Shown here: positions 1-11,758 of the stretch, in pieces | Layout of the letters: every line of letters begins with the position of its first letter | Numbering within the stretch: position 1 is the stretch's first letter | Assembly (NCBI RefSeq): GCF_006345805.1 | Contig: NC_043017.1 | Coordinates: 26,784,001 to 26,848,000 of the forward strand | Length of the DNA: 64,000 nucleotides | Direction of reading: 5' to 3' | Origin: Octopus sinensis | Taxonomy: Eukaryota | Translations under genes and position numbers: made by a program | The notes under the pieces: generated by a model | What the model was told of the DNA's origin: nothing | What the model saw: only the letters and a program-made list of their open reading frames with translations | The model's database searches: none

Positions 1-1210
1 AGATTTTAAGCCAGAGGCCATTAGCCATTGATGGGTCAGGGCTTTGTCGATATCTGCATTATTCGCTCTCTTGGGTATTTGCCGTAGAGAGGGTTTTTCT
101 TGCCATTATTATTCAGAATATCTAAGGCCGCAGTTTTGGCACGGGTTTCATGCGCCTAGCTTTTTCTGTGCTTGTTTCTTGTATGTCTATCTCTAATTCC
201 GAAATTGGTTGTATTCGGAATTCACTTAGATATTCCTGCCTGTTTTGTGACTGAGTATGATGCTTTCTTGTTTCATGTTTTGAGACAAGTTTTAACATCC
301 AGTCCTCAGAGTTTTTCAGGTAGGTGTCTAGGCCAATTGTAGCAATCTTCATTGTTATTGCCAGTTGCAAAAGACCACGGCCTCCCTCTTTTCTTGGCAG
401 ATAGAGTCGTTCTGTATCTGCTTTAGGGTGGTGCATTCTATGCATTGTCAACAGTTTCCTTATTTTTCTGTCGAGCGACATATTTCAGTAATTGACCAGT
501 TAACAATATTGAAACTGTAAGTCACGACTGGTATAGCTAATGCATTGATTGCTTCGATCCTGTTTCTTGCATTCAGCTCTGTCTTGAGTATTGCTCTCAC
601 TCTTCGATAGTATTCTCTCTGATCCTTTCCTTCATCTCTGAATGCCTTATTCCGTTCCTTCAATTACCCCTAGGTACTTGTAGTCTTCCGCGGGTCTAGT
701 TCTTTTATGACATTCTGTTGGTCAAGGTTAACGTTAGATGTTTCTGTCATTTTTCCTTTGATAAAGGTAGCCTTTGCACATTTATCGAGGCCGAATTGCA
801 TTCTGATGTCGTCACTGAATTGTTTGACTATCGCTAGTAAGCCCTGAGTTGTTGATCATTTTTTGCAAAAAGCTTTAAATCATCCATGTAAACGAGATGA
901 TTTATATTTTTATCAAACATTTTATACCCGTACGGCGTCATTGAGCAGCTTGAGAGAGGTATTAAGGATAAACAGAAGAGGAGTGGTGACAGTGAGTCAC
1001 CCTGGAAAATGCCACACGAAATTTTTACATCACCAGCATTTAGGGATTCACTGTCACTGTTCAGAGTTAGTGTGGTTCTCCATGATCTCATACTTACAGC
1101 CAAGAAGTTTCGCAGAGTTGGTGCTTCTTATACATTCAAGGCATTTCCTAATCCAGCTATGTGGTAGGCTATCAAAAGCCTTTTTATAGTCTATCCAGGC
1201 TATTGATAAG
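1..1210 (-). mobile_element. 5'-truncated, frameshifted non-LTR retrotransposon of the R4/Dong clade (RT domain and downstream region); runs off the left edge of the window
   Basis: Consecutive minus-strand frames give AWIDYKKAFDSLPH, GIFQGDSLSPLLFCLSLIPLS, INHLVYMDDLKLFAKN, YYRRVRAILKTELNARNRIEAINALAIP and LYLPRKEGGRGLLQL, which are typical R4/Dong RT motifs. The truncated 5' end abuts a (TAA)n tract. Confidence 0.9.
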
Positions 1211-1218
1211 TTTTATTA

Positions 1219-1274
<56 letters not shown>

Positions 1275-1345
1275 AATAATAATAGTAATAATAATAATAA
1301 CAACAACAATAATAATAATAACAACAACATCGAAAGATAATAATA
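1205..1345. repeat. (TAT)n/(AAT)n/(AAC)n compound microsatellite
   Basis: Direct reading. Confidence 0.95.
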
Positions 1346-1350
1346 ATATT

Positions 1351-1462
1351 CAGTTCACTGCCTGGAATCGAACTCGGAATCTTTGGGTTTGTATCCTGCG
1401 CTCTTAACCACTACGCGAGCTACTAACCCCAAGTTACCGAGTTCGGTTCCAGGCAGTGACAT
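1351..1462. mobile_element. Head-to-head pair of short tRNA-derived SINE heads
   Basis: The minus strand reads gctcgcgTAGTGGTTAAGagcg...GAGTTCGATTCcaggcagtga (A and B boxes). A partial plus-strand copy ccgagttcggttccaggcagtga lies at about 1437-1459. Confidence 0.7.
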
Positions 1463-1490
1463 GAATAATGATAATAATAATAATAATAAT

Positions 1491-1530
<40 letters not shown>

Positions 1531-1639
1531 TAAGTATAATAATAATAATAAGAAGAAGAAGAACAACAACAACATCAACAGCCACAACAACATCTAAGAA
1601 TAACTAAGGAAAGAGAAACCCGGTTCGAAATTTCCCCAA

Positions 1640-1685
1640 GACACCTGATGAAGGCTGGAGGGAATATCAGCCGAAACGCTGTGTT
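1640..1685 (+). ncRNA. Degenerate minimal type-I hammerhead ribozyme motif (Penelope pLTR type)
   Basis: acac-CTGATGA-a-GGCTG(10-nt loop)CAGCC-GAAA-cgct-gtgt. Stems I and II pair; the expected U16.1 is C in this copy. Confidence 0.65.
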
Positions 1686-1906
1686 AACAATAAACAGAAT
1701 GAGGACAAATATCCGTCATATCTACATAATATAAATAAAGTTATTTTGTCTATTTCCTTTTGATTCTGCTGACAACCATACTTTATATCTTCATGATGGT
1801 AATGTAATCGATTAATATTTACAGCGAAACAATGACATCAAATTTTTATCGTTGCATGTGCAAAATATTATTACTTAGAAGCGAGTGAAATATATATATA
1901 TACATA

Positions 1907-2072
1907 CTTTATTGAAAAGCAGCAGAAATATAACAAAAAACTGTTACTCGGAGTTTTACATTCCCGTTCGTCGGACAGTTTTGTTAAAATAGAACAAAAC
2001 TGTCCGACGAACAGGAACGTGAAACTCCGAGTAACAGTTTTTTTGTTATATTTCTGCTGCTTTTCAATAAAG
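1907..2072. repeat. ~80-bp-arm inverted repeat; each arm carries a hammerhead motif
   Basis: Arms 1907-1985 and 1993-2072 are near-perfect reverse complements around the 7-nt loop aaaatag. Confidence 0.95.
1993..2041 (+). ncRNA. Type-I hammerhead ribozyme motif (U4C variant)
   Basis: aaaactgt-CCGACGA-aca ggaa cgt-GAAA-CTC c GAG-TA-acagtttt: 8-bp stem I, short stem II, stem III and a GUA triplet at 2031-2033. Confidence 0.65.
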
Positions 2073-2231
2073 CCTATTACTCTACCTCTGGTATTTGAGT
2101 ACTCTTTTTTCCATATTGTTTCACATTTATGTGCTTACTCCGGCATATATATATCATAATATTAGGGAGTAAATCCAAACTTACAGCGAAAAATTAAATT
2201 TAGGATTAATTCAAAGTTCACAGTATAAATA

Positions 2232-2336
2232 TAAATTAAATTAGAGATAAAACCACTATTATATTTGTTTTTTGTTTTGGTTTATGTCTATTACTGTTTG
2301 AGCTGCATAATAGTGGTTTTATCGCTAATTTAATTT

Positions 2337-2337
<1 letters not shown>
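2232..2337. repeat. 31-bp-arm inverted repeat abutting (TA)n
   Basis: taaattaaattagagataaaaccactattat / ataatagtggttttatcgctaatttaattta (one mismatch). Confidence 0.85.
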
Positions 2338-2396
<59 letters not shown>

Positions 2397-2431
2397 TTAA
2401 ATTTTTTTGATAAGATTCGTTTTTTCAAGAA

Positions 2432-3363
2432 CCGCTGGGGCAAAAAGAATTCTACAAAATTTTTTTCACCACCCTATATTGATTAATTATGAATTTTCTG
2501 GTTAATTCCGTAATGGAATCGACGGCTTATAGTTATTTGCTGCCGATAAATTTGGCGCGAGTACGACGATTTGAAAATTTTAGGTCAGATATTGCCTTGG
2601 CAGGGTCGGAAATGCCTCGTGTGAAAATAATCTGTTCCGACTTGGCTATTTCTTGCTGAAGAATCTGAGGGCCTATGAAGATTGGCTTGATTTAATTTAT
2701 CAGGTTAGTTTACCATTTAACAGCAGACGAAACGGTGCATCGTTACAAGAAATTACAGGGTAAATGTTTTTTTAAATTTTCTCCTGTTTACGGAATTGAT
2801 CTTTATTTGCGGTTGAAGCTTGGGCTGTTATTTCTAGTGGGTGAATGGCCTATTATGGCCGTTCCTTGATTGTTGATGTTGAACTTAAAAATGGTCTACG
2901 ACTATTAATTTTCCCCACTAGGCCGCTGGTGGCAAAAAGAATTCTACAAAATTTTTTTCACCACCCTATATTGATTAATTATGAATTTTCTGGTTAATTC
3001 CGTAATGGAATCGACGCTTATATTTATTTGCTGCCGATAAATTGGCGCGAGTACGACGATTTGAAAATTTTAGGTCAGATATTGCCTTGGCAGGGTCGGA
3101 AATGCCTCGTGAAAATATCTGTTCCGACTTGGCTATTTCTTGCTGAAGAATCTGAGGGCCTATGGAAGATTGGCTTGATTTAATTTAATCAGGTTAGTTT
3201 ACCATTAAACAGCAGACGAAACGGTGCATCGTTCAAGAAATTACAGGGTAAATGTTTTTTTAAATTTTCTCCTGTTTACGGAATTGATCTTTATTTGCGG
3301 TTGAAGCTTTGGCTGTTATTTCTAGTGGGTGAATGGCCTATTATGGCCGTTCCTTGATTGTTG
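2432..3363. repeat. Tandem direct duplication of a ~492-bp unit (~1.9 copies) between (TA)n tracts
   Basis: gcaaaaagaattctacaaaa recurs at a 492-bp offset (G at 2447 and 2939); the copies differ mostly by single indels. Confidence 0.92.
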
Positions 3364-3364
3364 A

Positions 3365-3395
<31 letters not shown>

Positions 3396-3813
3396 GTATT
3401 TATCCAATATAGGAAGAAATTCAAAATCTTACAGCTGTTTATGTGATACCCCCGAGTATAGGATATTCCGCCATAAGAGAAGAATAGGTAAGAGATAGGG
3501 AAAATGAGAAAGTTATATATTAATGAGATGACGACATAGAGGCAGGAAGTAGAAGAATAAGGAGTGGGAAAGAAACAAGAAAAAAGAAGCATAAATGTTC
3601 CGATTTTATGAGAAACCAAATCCTCCCTTTCCCCATAGATACTACAGTTAGGGACACATCATCCAACGGCGCTTTCATTCTTTCATTTAAATTATATACG
3701 CTGATTTTATGGATATTTACCTGATATTTTATATAGTTTAGAGAACGCAGTAGATGCCACTTACATGGGCCGTGAACATTATACATAAACATTGAATATA
3801 TAGAATAAATATG

Positions 3814-4226
3814 GGATCGTTCCGGTTTGAACGGCAGTTTTTTCCTAGCGGAGTCATATGAAATTGTCACCCATAATTATGACCCTAGAATCGATCTATT
3901 GCATTTCAATCTCTTTTAGGGTTAGGGTTAGGGGTGGGGGAAGGGTATATTTTTTCTTCACGAATGTAAATAAACGAATTCTGTTTCTTAAACGAGGGAC
4001 ATATTCATACGGCACAGAATACTTTTTAACACAATAGACGTCACTGATTGGTTGAAATTGCAGAAATTGAAGAAAAACAACAAATATCTTGCGAACTATA
4101 GAATTTTCTCAATAAAGCCAAGAGAAGAAGATATTTTATAAACACATTCTACCAGTATACGACGTTTAAAATTTTTTTAGGTGCCTAGAAATTATGTTAA
4201 AAACTGCCGTTCAAACCGAAAAGATC
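3814..4226. mobile_element. MITE with ~29-bp TIRs and 8-bp TSD (Merlin/MULE/hAT-type), with internal TTAGGG repeats
   Basis: TIRs ggatcgttccggtttgaacggcagttttt / aaaaactgccgttcaaaccgaaaagatcc; TSD taaatatg at 3806-3813 and 4227-4234. Confidence 0.88.
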
Positions 4227-5248
4227 CTAAATATGGTATGATCTAAAATCAGTGAGATATCAGGACTGACTTGGTGAGAATACAAAGCCTTGCTTCCTCC
4301 GAATTTACTGTATTTAATGTTATAAATCTCAAAGATTTCCAAATATGATTCGCCATAACGGCCCTGGAAGTAAAGTACAAATCCAGCATACTAAATTCAC
4401 AGAACATTTCTAAAGGAGTGACTTGGCGATAATTTTTCCGTCTTTTCGAATCTCATTGTAAATGTGCAACGAAAATTGTGCCAAGCTATATTTTGTCCCA
4501 ATCAGTTGCCCTTAAACAACAATAATATCAACTGCGTGCTAAGCAAATTCTCGCATTCATAAACAATTTCCATTTTTCTTACAATAAATTTACCGAGGCC
4601 TGAAGGTATGTGGTCATCCCTGGCAAACAGAAAGCCATAATATTAATATGATTTCTAACGCACAAAATGGAATTTAATAAACGAAATACCGCTCCCTTAT
4701 ACTGAGTGAAATATTTCGTTTCAAAGGTAGACGTAGTTAATTATGTTACATCCATTTTGCCAGTGTTAGGTAGATGAAAGCCACAAACACCGGCCGATGA
4801 ACATACAACGCCAGCTAATATAACTAGAGACGAAATTACAAAGCGTCTTACAACATTAATACATTTTCTTGAGCTTCAAAAACTTCGTATAATGAAAGTT
4901 ATCAGACATGATTCTTTTTTCACTTTTTCACCAGAGGAAAAATTTGTCTTGGTTAGATGTATTCTCAGCTGAATAGTTTTCAGTCTAAACAGTTCGTTTA
5001 AATTTCAAATCAGCAGGATTTTCGCATCAACTGCCTTTTAAACCAATTAATGAAGAACGGAATGTTCTGAGCCATTTAGTTCAGTTCGTCAGTGTTAATA
5101 CAAACTTCTAATACTTCCCGAGAAGCATATATAATACAAATAACGTGACATAAGAAAACCAAAACGAAGCTAATATCGATTTTTATATAACTACGAGGAT
5201 GAGAACATTTTTAGCACTGAAACGGGAAAAGTGATCTAAAATAGTACG

Positions 5249-5314
<66 letters not shown>

Positions 5315-5552
5315 GTGCATGTATGTATGTGCCTGTGTGTTTGTATTTATGTGTACGTATCTGTGAGTGTGTATGTGTGTGTGTGTGTTTGTATGTATAT
5401 CAGATAACAATATTTTGTGTTCTTTTACACATTTACCTGCGTTCTTTTTGTTTTTGGATGTTTCAGTGAAGAAAAAACCATAACCAGTATATAATTTTAT
5501 CTGTTATTTAAAATATCGGTCTATTTAAAATAATCACTAATGAGGTGGGGGC

Positions 5553-5590
<38 letters not shown>

Positions 5591-5591
<1 letters not shown>

Positions 5592-5928
5592 GTTAATCCA
5601 AACATGAAAGTACAAAAAAAAACACCAGAACGCGAGGACGTGGAACAAATATAGTATTATTGGACGCTCAGGAAAGAAGGAGGGTTTAACGTCAGAAACA
5701 GGAAAAGGAAGGATCCAGAGAAGGGAAGACGGAGGAAATATATATATATATTTTTTTTTTCCTCTGTCCTCCCACCTTGGGATCTTTCTTTCTCCTATGT
5801 TTCCGACGAACAGCTCCGCTCGAAACGTCATACCCTCCTTCTTCCCTTCTTTCCTGAGCGCCCAATAATACTTTATTTGTTCCACATCCTCGCGTTGTTG
5901 TCTTTTTGTTTTCTTGTTTGGATTAACT
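5591..5928. mobile_element. Fold-back (inverted) Penelope pLTR-like element flanked by (TA)n
   Basis: agttaatccaaaca... pairs with ...tgtttggattaact; the arms align over the whole length around a central TA/T tract and contain a hammerhead motif. Confidence 0.75.
5799..5833 (+). ncRNA. Minimal type-I hammerhead motif
   Basis: gttt-CCGACGA-a-cAGC tcc GCTc-GAAA-CGTC-atac. The inverted left copy reads gtttCTGACG[deletion]TTaaac, which gives the ancestral CUGACGA core and gttt/aaac stem I. Confidence 0.65.
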
Positions 5929-5933
5929 TTATA

Positions 5934-6004
<71 letters not shown>

Positions 6005-7001
6005 TAATATGAGGGAGTAGTATAAATTCAGGTAAAATTGTTATCTGTTTTATATTTCTGGTATTTCGTAAAGTTTGCATGAGAACAAATATGTACGTTA
6101 TGAGTTGAAGTAAGGAGGTAAACGTTCGGAATAATTAGCGCATCTGAAAAGATGACTAACAACTTTATCCTGGATTTTCTTCATCTGATTTGAAATAGCA
6201 GGCAAATCAAATTTCCATCTAACAATTTCTGATCATTCCAGAGCGACAAATTTTTCCAGAGGTGGGCCGCATTGCACATGGCTTATCACTACACGGTCGA
6301 CATATTAAATCGACTGAATACAGTTTTTCGTCAGGCCTGCCATTAGAAATTCCATCAGCCCGAATGAAACCCATTACTTCTGCTTAAAACCTGCTTGCAT
6401 TGTCTAAGAATTTTGAACAATACACCTGGTTTTGAATACCATGGTTAATAAAATATTTTTGTACAAGTGTTGTAAGATATCTGAAATGTATTCAATATAT
6501 TCTCTTTCCTTATGTTCGTTAAAATATTATTAGGGTGTATAGCAAAGAAAGAAAAGAAATCGAGTCGTTATTATAACATTCCTATATCACATAACACACT
6601 TTGTAATGCTGAGACAGTCTTACATTTCAAATGCACAGAATGTAAAACAGCAGAAAAGACAAAGATAGAAAAACATAACAGACTCTAGTAAGAAAAATAA
6701 ATGAAGAGAGAAAATAAAAGTTCTGGTAAAATATACAATGAATGGAAGAGAAATAGAGAATGCGAAAGAAGTAATGAAGCAAAAGAGTTCCACTGTGTCA
6801 CGGAGAGATAAAACGGTTTAAAATATTTGCAATGCAAATTCGAATACTGACAATGCAGACACCTTACAAATAACGTGCGAAGATGGTGTAACTAAAAAGC
6901 TAATGCTAACAGAATTTATGTACGTATATATATATATATATATATATATGAAAAAACAAGTCAAGATAGAAAATGCTAAAATAATTTCATAAAGAACATT
7001 T

Positions 7002-7039
7002 CAGTACCGGTTTCGCTCATTTTGAGACCTTTTCAACTG
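7002..7039 (-). ncRNA. Degenerate minimal hammerhead motif
   Basis: The minus strand reads cag-TTGAAAA-ggtctc aaaat gagc-GAAACCGGTA-ctg, with palindromic stem III ACCGGT; the first core strand is mutated. Confidence 0.4.
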
Positions 7040-8503
7040 TAACGATTAAATAATTAAAGTTAGAAAAATTAAAAGAAAAGTTTGTTAAAGGAATATTTGT
7101 ATAGTGTTCAAATATAAGTAGCATTTTCCTTGTTTCTGCCTTTCTCTGTCTTTCTTGTTTGCACTTGTATGTATATGTATATGTGTTAGCATGTCGAAGT
7201 CATAATCTGTTTAATTTTATACATACATCGTTATATAATGCATACATATACCTGTAATGAACAAACAGTAATATAAGTACATATTTATGTACACTTAAAT
7301 ACATAAACTTTTCTCCTCTAGACACAAGGCCAGAAAGTTTTGAGGGAGGGGGTGTCTGTCGGTTAGAACGACCCCAGTAAGCAACTGGTACTTAATTTAT
7401 CGACCCAGATAATGAAAGCTGTTCTGTCATAAAATATCAATGAAATTTCTGGGTTTTTTTTCTTTTAGGTCAATATTTTAAACTATGATTTCTTTACACT
7501 AGTAATCATGATTATTATGATTAAGAAATAATGAAATAGATGTCAGTTTAATTTAAACATTCATAATAAGAAAAATAAAATTAAGAACTGCAAACAATTC
7601 AGTGTAAAATGGGGAAGTTTATGTCGTGCATATGCGTTTTCTCCCTCGGTCCTCTCACACTTGGAAATAGTAAAATGCGGCCCCCTGTTGACACAAGTTG
7701 CCCATCCCTGGTCTAATCCTTTCCGCAAATAAATTCTTTTACTTTCTTTTCTTTGTCATTCTTTCTTTCGTCAAATATCTTGCTGCAAATCCATTACTAA
7801 CCTTCGGGAAATTACAGAATACGAGGTAGATGCATTCATTTGTGATTTTGTAAATTATGAATATATATAATTAAATCTACTAGCTGCTTTCCAATACAAT
7901 TATTTACTGCATAAAGTTAATCCTGAATGTTTGTACACGTAAGAGATATACATTCATATACGGTTGTCTTTCAGATGACACGTGAGTAATAGAGTAATAT
8001 CGGTATCATGAGACAGTTCAATATCTGTTGCACAATGTATATGGAGGGTTATGCCGGCACTGCCAACTATTCTGCTTTCTGAGGAAATTTTTTATATACC
8101 CTGAAAGAGAAAAACACTTCGGGAATATGCGTACGGAGCTATTCTTTGATTTTCGAACATGTAGCAACTCTGCAGACGCAATGTGTTTATTCATGCAAGT
8201 TTACCGAACAATTAGCAGTATGGAGGATGCCGTATTGTGGCCAGGCGTATGCAAACTTAAGTCTCAGGCAAATTGTCGTAGCGAAGATGAAAATCGCAAA
8301 CTGTACTCCTAAAAATCGCGATACCAAACTTGTAGTATCTTGGGCTTGAAATTACCACAGATGTAAACAGAAGATATGGGACAGAACAGGTGACCACCAG
8401 ATAGATAATTAATAGCAGATGCATACAATTGTTCATTGGGACTATTCAAGGAGACGAAAATATTCGTATTAAAATATATATATTTATGTGTGTATGCATG
8501 TAT

Positions 8504-8580
<77 letters not shown>

Positions 8581-8581
<1 letters not shown>

Positions 8582-8914
8582 GAGACCCCTTCGGTCACGA
8601 CACAGACCATGGGATTGCACCTAGAAAGTTACCCTCCTAGACACAAGCCTGGGCAGGTTGTTTATGGAATACCAGCAGCAGCCCATGCATACCAGTCTAC
8701 CCTCGTCATGCCACTGATGTTATCCAAGGGAAAGACAAAGGTCGATACAGTTTGGCACAAGTAACGTCGCAACTCTTTTCTACAGCTGAGTGAACTGGAG
8801 ACATGTGAAATAAAGTGCCTTGCTCAAGAACACAACGCGCAGCTCGGTCCGGGATTCGAGCTCACAACCTCGCGATCGTAAGCTCGACGCTCTAACCACT
8901 GAGCCATGCGCCTT
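8581..8914 (-). mobile_element. tRNA-derived SINE (family D in this report)
   Basis: The minus-strand head reads gcatggctcAGTGGTTAGAgcg...GAGCTCGAATCCcgg, followed by gtgttcttgagcaaggcacttta. Confidence 0.8.
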
Positions 8915-8921
8915 CACACGC

Positions 8922-8961
<40 letters not shown>

Positions 8962-11288
8962 AAGGCAGGATCTTATAAATGAAATAATTATATGCATGTC
9001 TTCATGCGCAGTAATATCAACTTTGAGGAAAGAAATTCATCAATATCGAAACTTAATTCTTCATTGCAAAGGTCTACGAGAAAGTTCCTCTATATAAAAT
9101 GGAATACTCGGACTTTGCTTTAAACACACGCACACACACACAAAAACAAATACGATTGCACACACATACATACGCACAAGCAAAAATCCGACCACAAACG
9201 CATACAAACGCACACACACACACACACACACCATGTATGTTTCCTCTGCACGAACGTTCCCCGTGATATAACATCGACGAACAATTTAAAATATTCGAAA
9301 TAATTGAATTAAATAAAACGAAAAACAAAGTTAGTACAATTTTCAACCTATATTAAATGTAAATTTATAGTCAGTTTTAATAAGATGCAGTTACACATTA
9401 TGTAAGGAAATATCAAAATTAAATCTGAATATAAATGAAAACTATAAAACGAAAAAGAAAAAAATTCGTGTGTGGTGTTTATGCTATACATGGTCCCGAA
9501 TGAATTAAAATTCATGGAGTGCGATCATATCGTCGAATCGTGTAAGAATTTAAGTTACTTTGATGCTGAGCACGTGAGATGATTGCAATAAAAGTTGCTG
9601 TAGGCACCTAATTACTTTCATCTTGAATTCGTTAGTCATTCATTGGTGGTGGTTGTTGTTTTGTGTTTTAGTTTTCCCTGCTTGTTATTTATTATGTTTT
9701 TCTCTTAACTAAATGTGATCACAACACAACAGAGCAAAGAAAAATAAATCCAAAATTTATACTCTGCTGTTATCTATCTGAAAATGAACATTATATACAT
9801 ACATACGTACAAACTATATACATATATATATACGTGTGTATGTGTGTGTATTTTTTCTTATCTATATTTCTGTGTGCGTTAGCATGTATATATGAATTTA
9901 AACACTATGCAAATATAATGGAGCAGCTGAAGTTGGAAAACTTTAGTAACCTAATCTGTCTTGGCAACACATTCCCTTGATTGCTTTTCATACTTTTTAT
10001 TATCGTTTATTTGCTCGAATTGCAGAACTAATGCAGCAAGCCGTGATGCCTCGAGGTTATCCCTAGTTTAATTCGACGTCGGGTGTTCAAACCTTGCGTA
10101 GCGCAAGTCAGTAGCTGAAACCACTGCTTGGTTTAAGACGTTTTTTTATTTTGCTATGTAAATCTCAATCCTCTTCCTTCATATTCCGAAGTCTTGTTCG
10201 TCTGTTAGCAATATTTACCGTTTAATTGGCAGAAACCTTAGCACACAGGGCGAAATTCTTAGTGGTATTCTGCCTGTCCTTACCAGTTCAGTACTGAGGT
10301 CGATATAATCCACTATTGCCCAAAATTGCACGCCTTGTACCTATAGTAGACAGTATCATTATTATCATTATAGAGACCTAGGTGATTTGTTAGGATGACA
10401 GAGAAGATGCTTCAAAGGTTTTCTTCCGGTGTTTCCATCGTCTCAAGTACGTTGGCGTTGTTTGAAATATGAGCAAAATAAGTCCCAGCCTAACATCCAG
10501 GGCCCTGTAATCGAAAAACACACTTAGCAGCGAAGTGGTAGTTCTTTTAACATCCCCGAGAAAGTAAAAGAAATGCTGTTCGCGACTCTTAGTCTATCAT
10601 TTAGCCGTGGTCGTATCTGCTTTTCACTTTCATCATTCCAGGTTCCTCTAAGATAGTACCTGACAACCACTGGTGTCAATACAATCAATATCCTCCCCGC
10701 CAAAATATTAGCATTCGTACTTATATTATTTGACTTTCGTTCTTCTACATTATGTATATTATATTACCAATTACTAAGGGTAGTTCAATCACCTGATGTT
10801 TAGCCAAACTTTCAGCCAATTATTTAAAGGTAGTGGGAATTAAAATTGCTTGACTGTCGGGTCAAAATTTCTGGTGTATTTGTTCCCGTTCTCAAATTTC
10901 TGCATCCAGATACCTAGAAAATAAAATTCGACTTCAGTCATAGTGGATCAGTAAACTAATGTAACATAGAATGAAATTAGATACCTGGACAACACACATG
11001 AGTGTTGAAAAACTAGAACGTGGAAGGTAAGTATTAGATTTTTATATCAAATACCTAGGAAAGGTAAATAAATGCCCATTGTCACACCGATGTTATATAT
11101 GGACAGGTACTCTAGCTACAACTTAGTGGATATCAGACAAATTAGAAGGTCAAAACCTGCATAAAATCTCACTGTCCCTTAGCGGATGAGAAGTAGGTAA
11201 GTTAAACTGTATTGGGAGTGAATACTGGACTGACCAATCTACTGTTCCCAAAAGGGAACTTGAACACCACGGAATGAGTTGTGTCTGA

Positions 11289-11324
<36 letters not shown>

Positions 11325-11327
<3 letters not shown>

Positions 11328-11536
11328 GGGAAGGTGCTGAAAAGTTTCTGGCTTTGGTTAAAAGGTATATGGATCAGTTATGATTGTATTTAATATATTC
11401 CCCTGTCAGATTCACACAGTTAATGCAGTGGTCCTTCAGTTTTTCTAAGCCCAGTTAAAGAAGTCGGAATTTTGAGCGTCCAGCTACGCCTTTGGCGACT
11501 ACCTTAGGGCTAGGAACTTTCCAGCATCCCCTCGTA
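11325..11536. mobile_element. mariner-derived MITE in (TA)n
   Basis: TIRs tacgggaaggtgctgaaaagtttctggc / gctaggaactttccagcatcccctcgta; TA flanks. Confidence 0.8.
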
Positions 11537-11550
11537 TATATATATATATA

Positions 11551-11727
11551 CGCGTAGGAGTGGCTTTGTTGTAAGTAGCTTGCTTACCGACCACATGGTT
11601 CAGGGTTCAGTCCCACTACGTGGCACTATACCCTCGGGCCGACCAAAGCCTTGTGAGTGGATTTCGTAGATGGAAACTAAAAGAAGCCCGTCGTATATAT
11701 ATATATATATATATATATATGTAGGTA

Positions 11728-11758
<31 letters not shown>

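Noticed and set aside
2654-2780. CTGAAGA and CAGACGA strings in the 492-bp unit
   Set aside because: Neither is followed by a correctly placed GAAA and NUH.
6100-6400. Possible hAT transposase C-terminal relic (HVQCGPPLEKF)
   Set aside because: A single short motif is insufficient support.
7600-7710. cagggatgggcaac hAT-like terminal repeat on the minus strand
   Set aside because: The partner TIR and TSD were not found.
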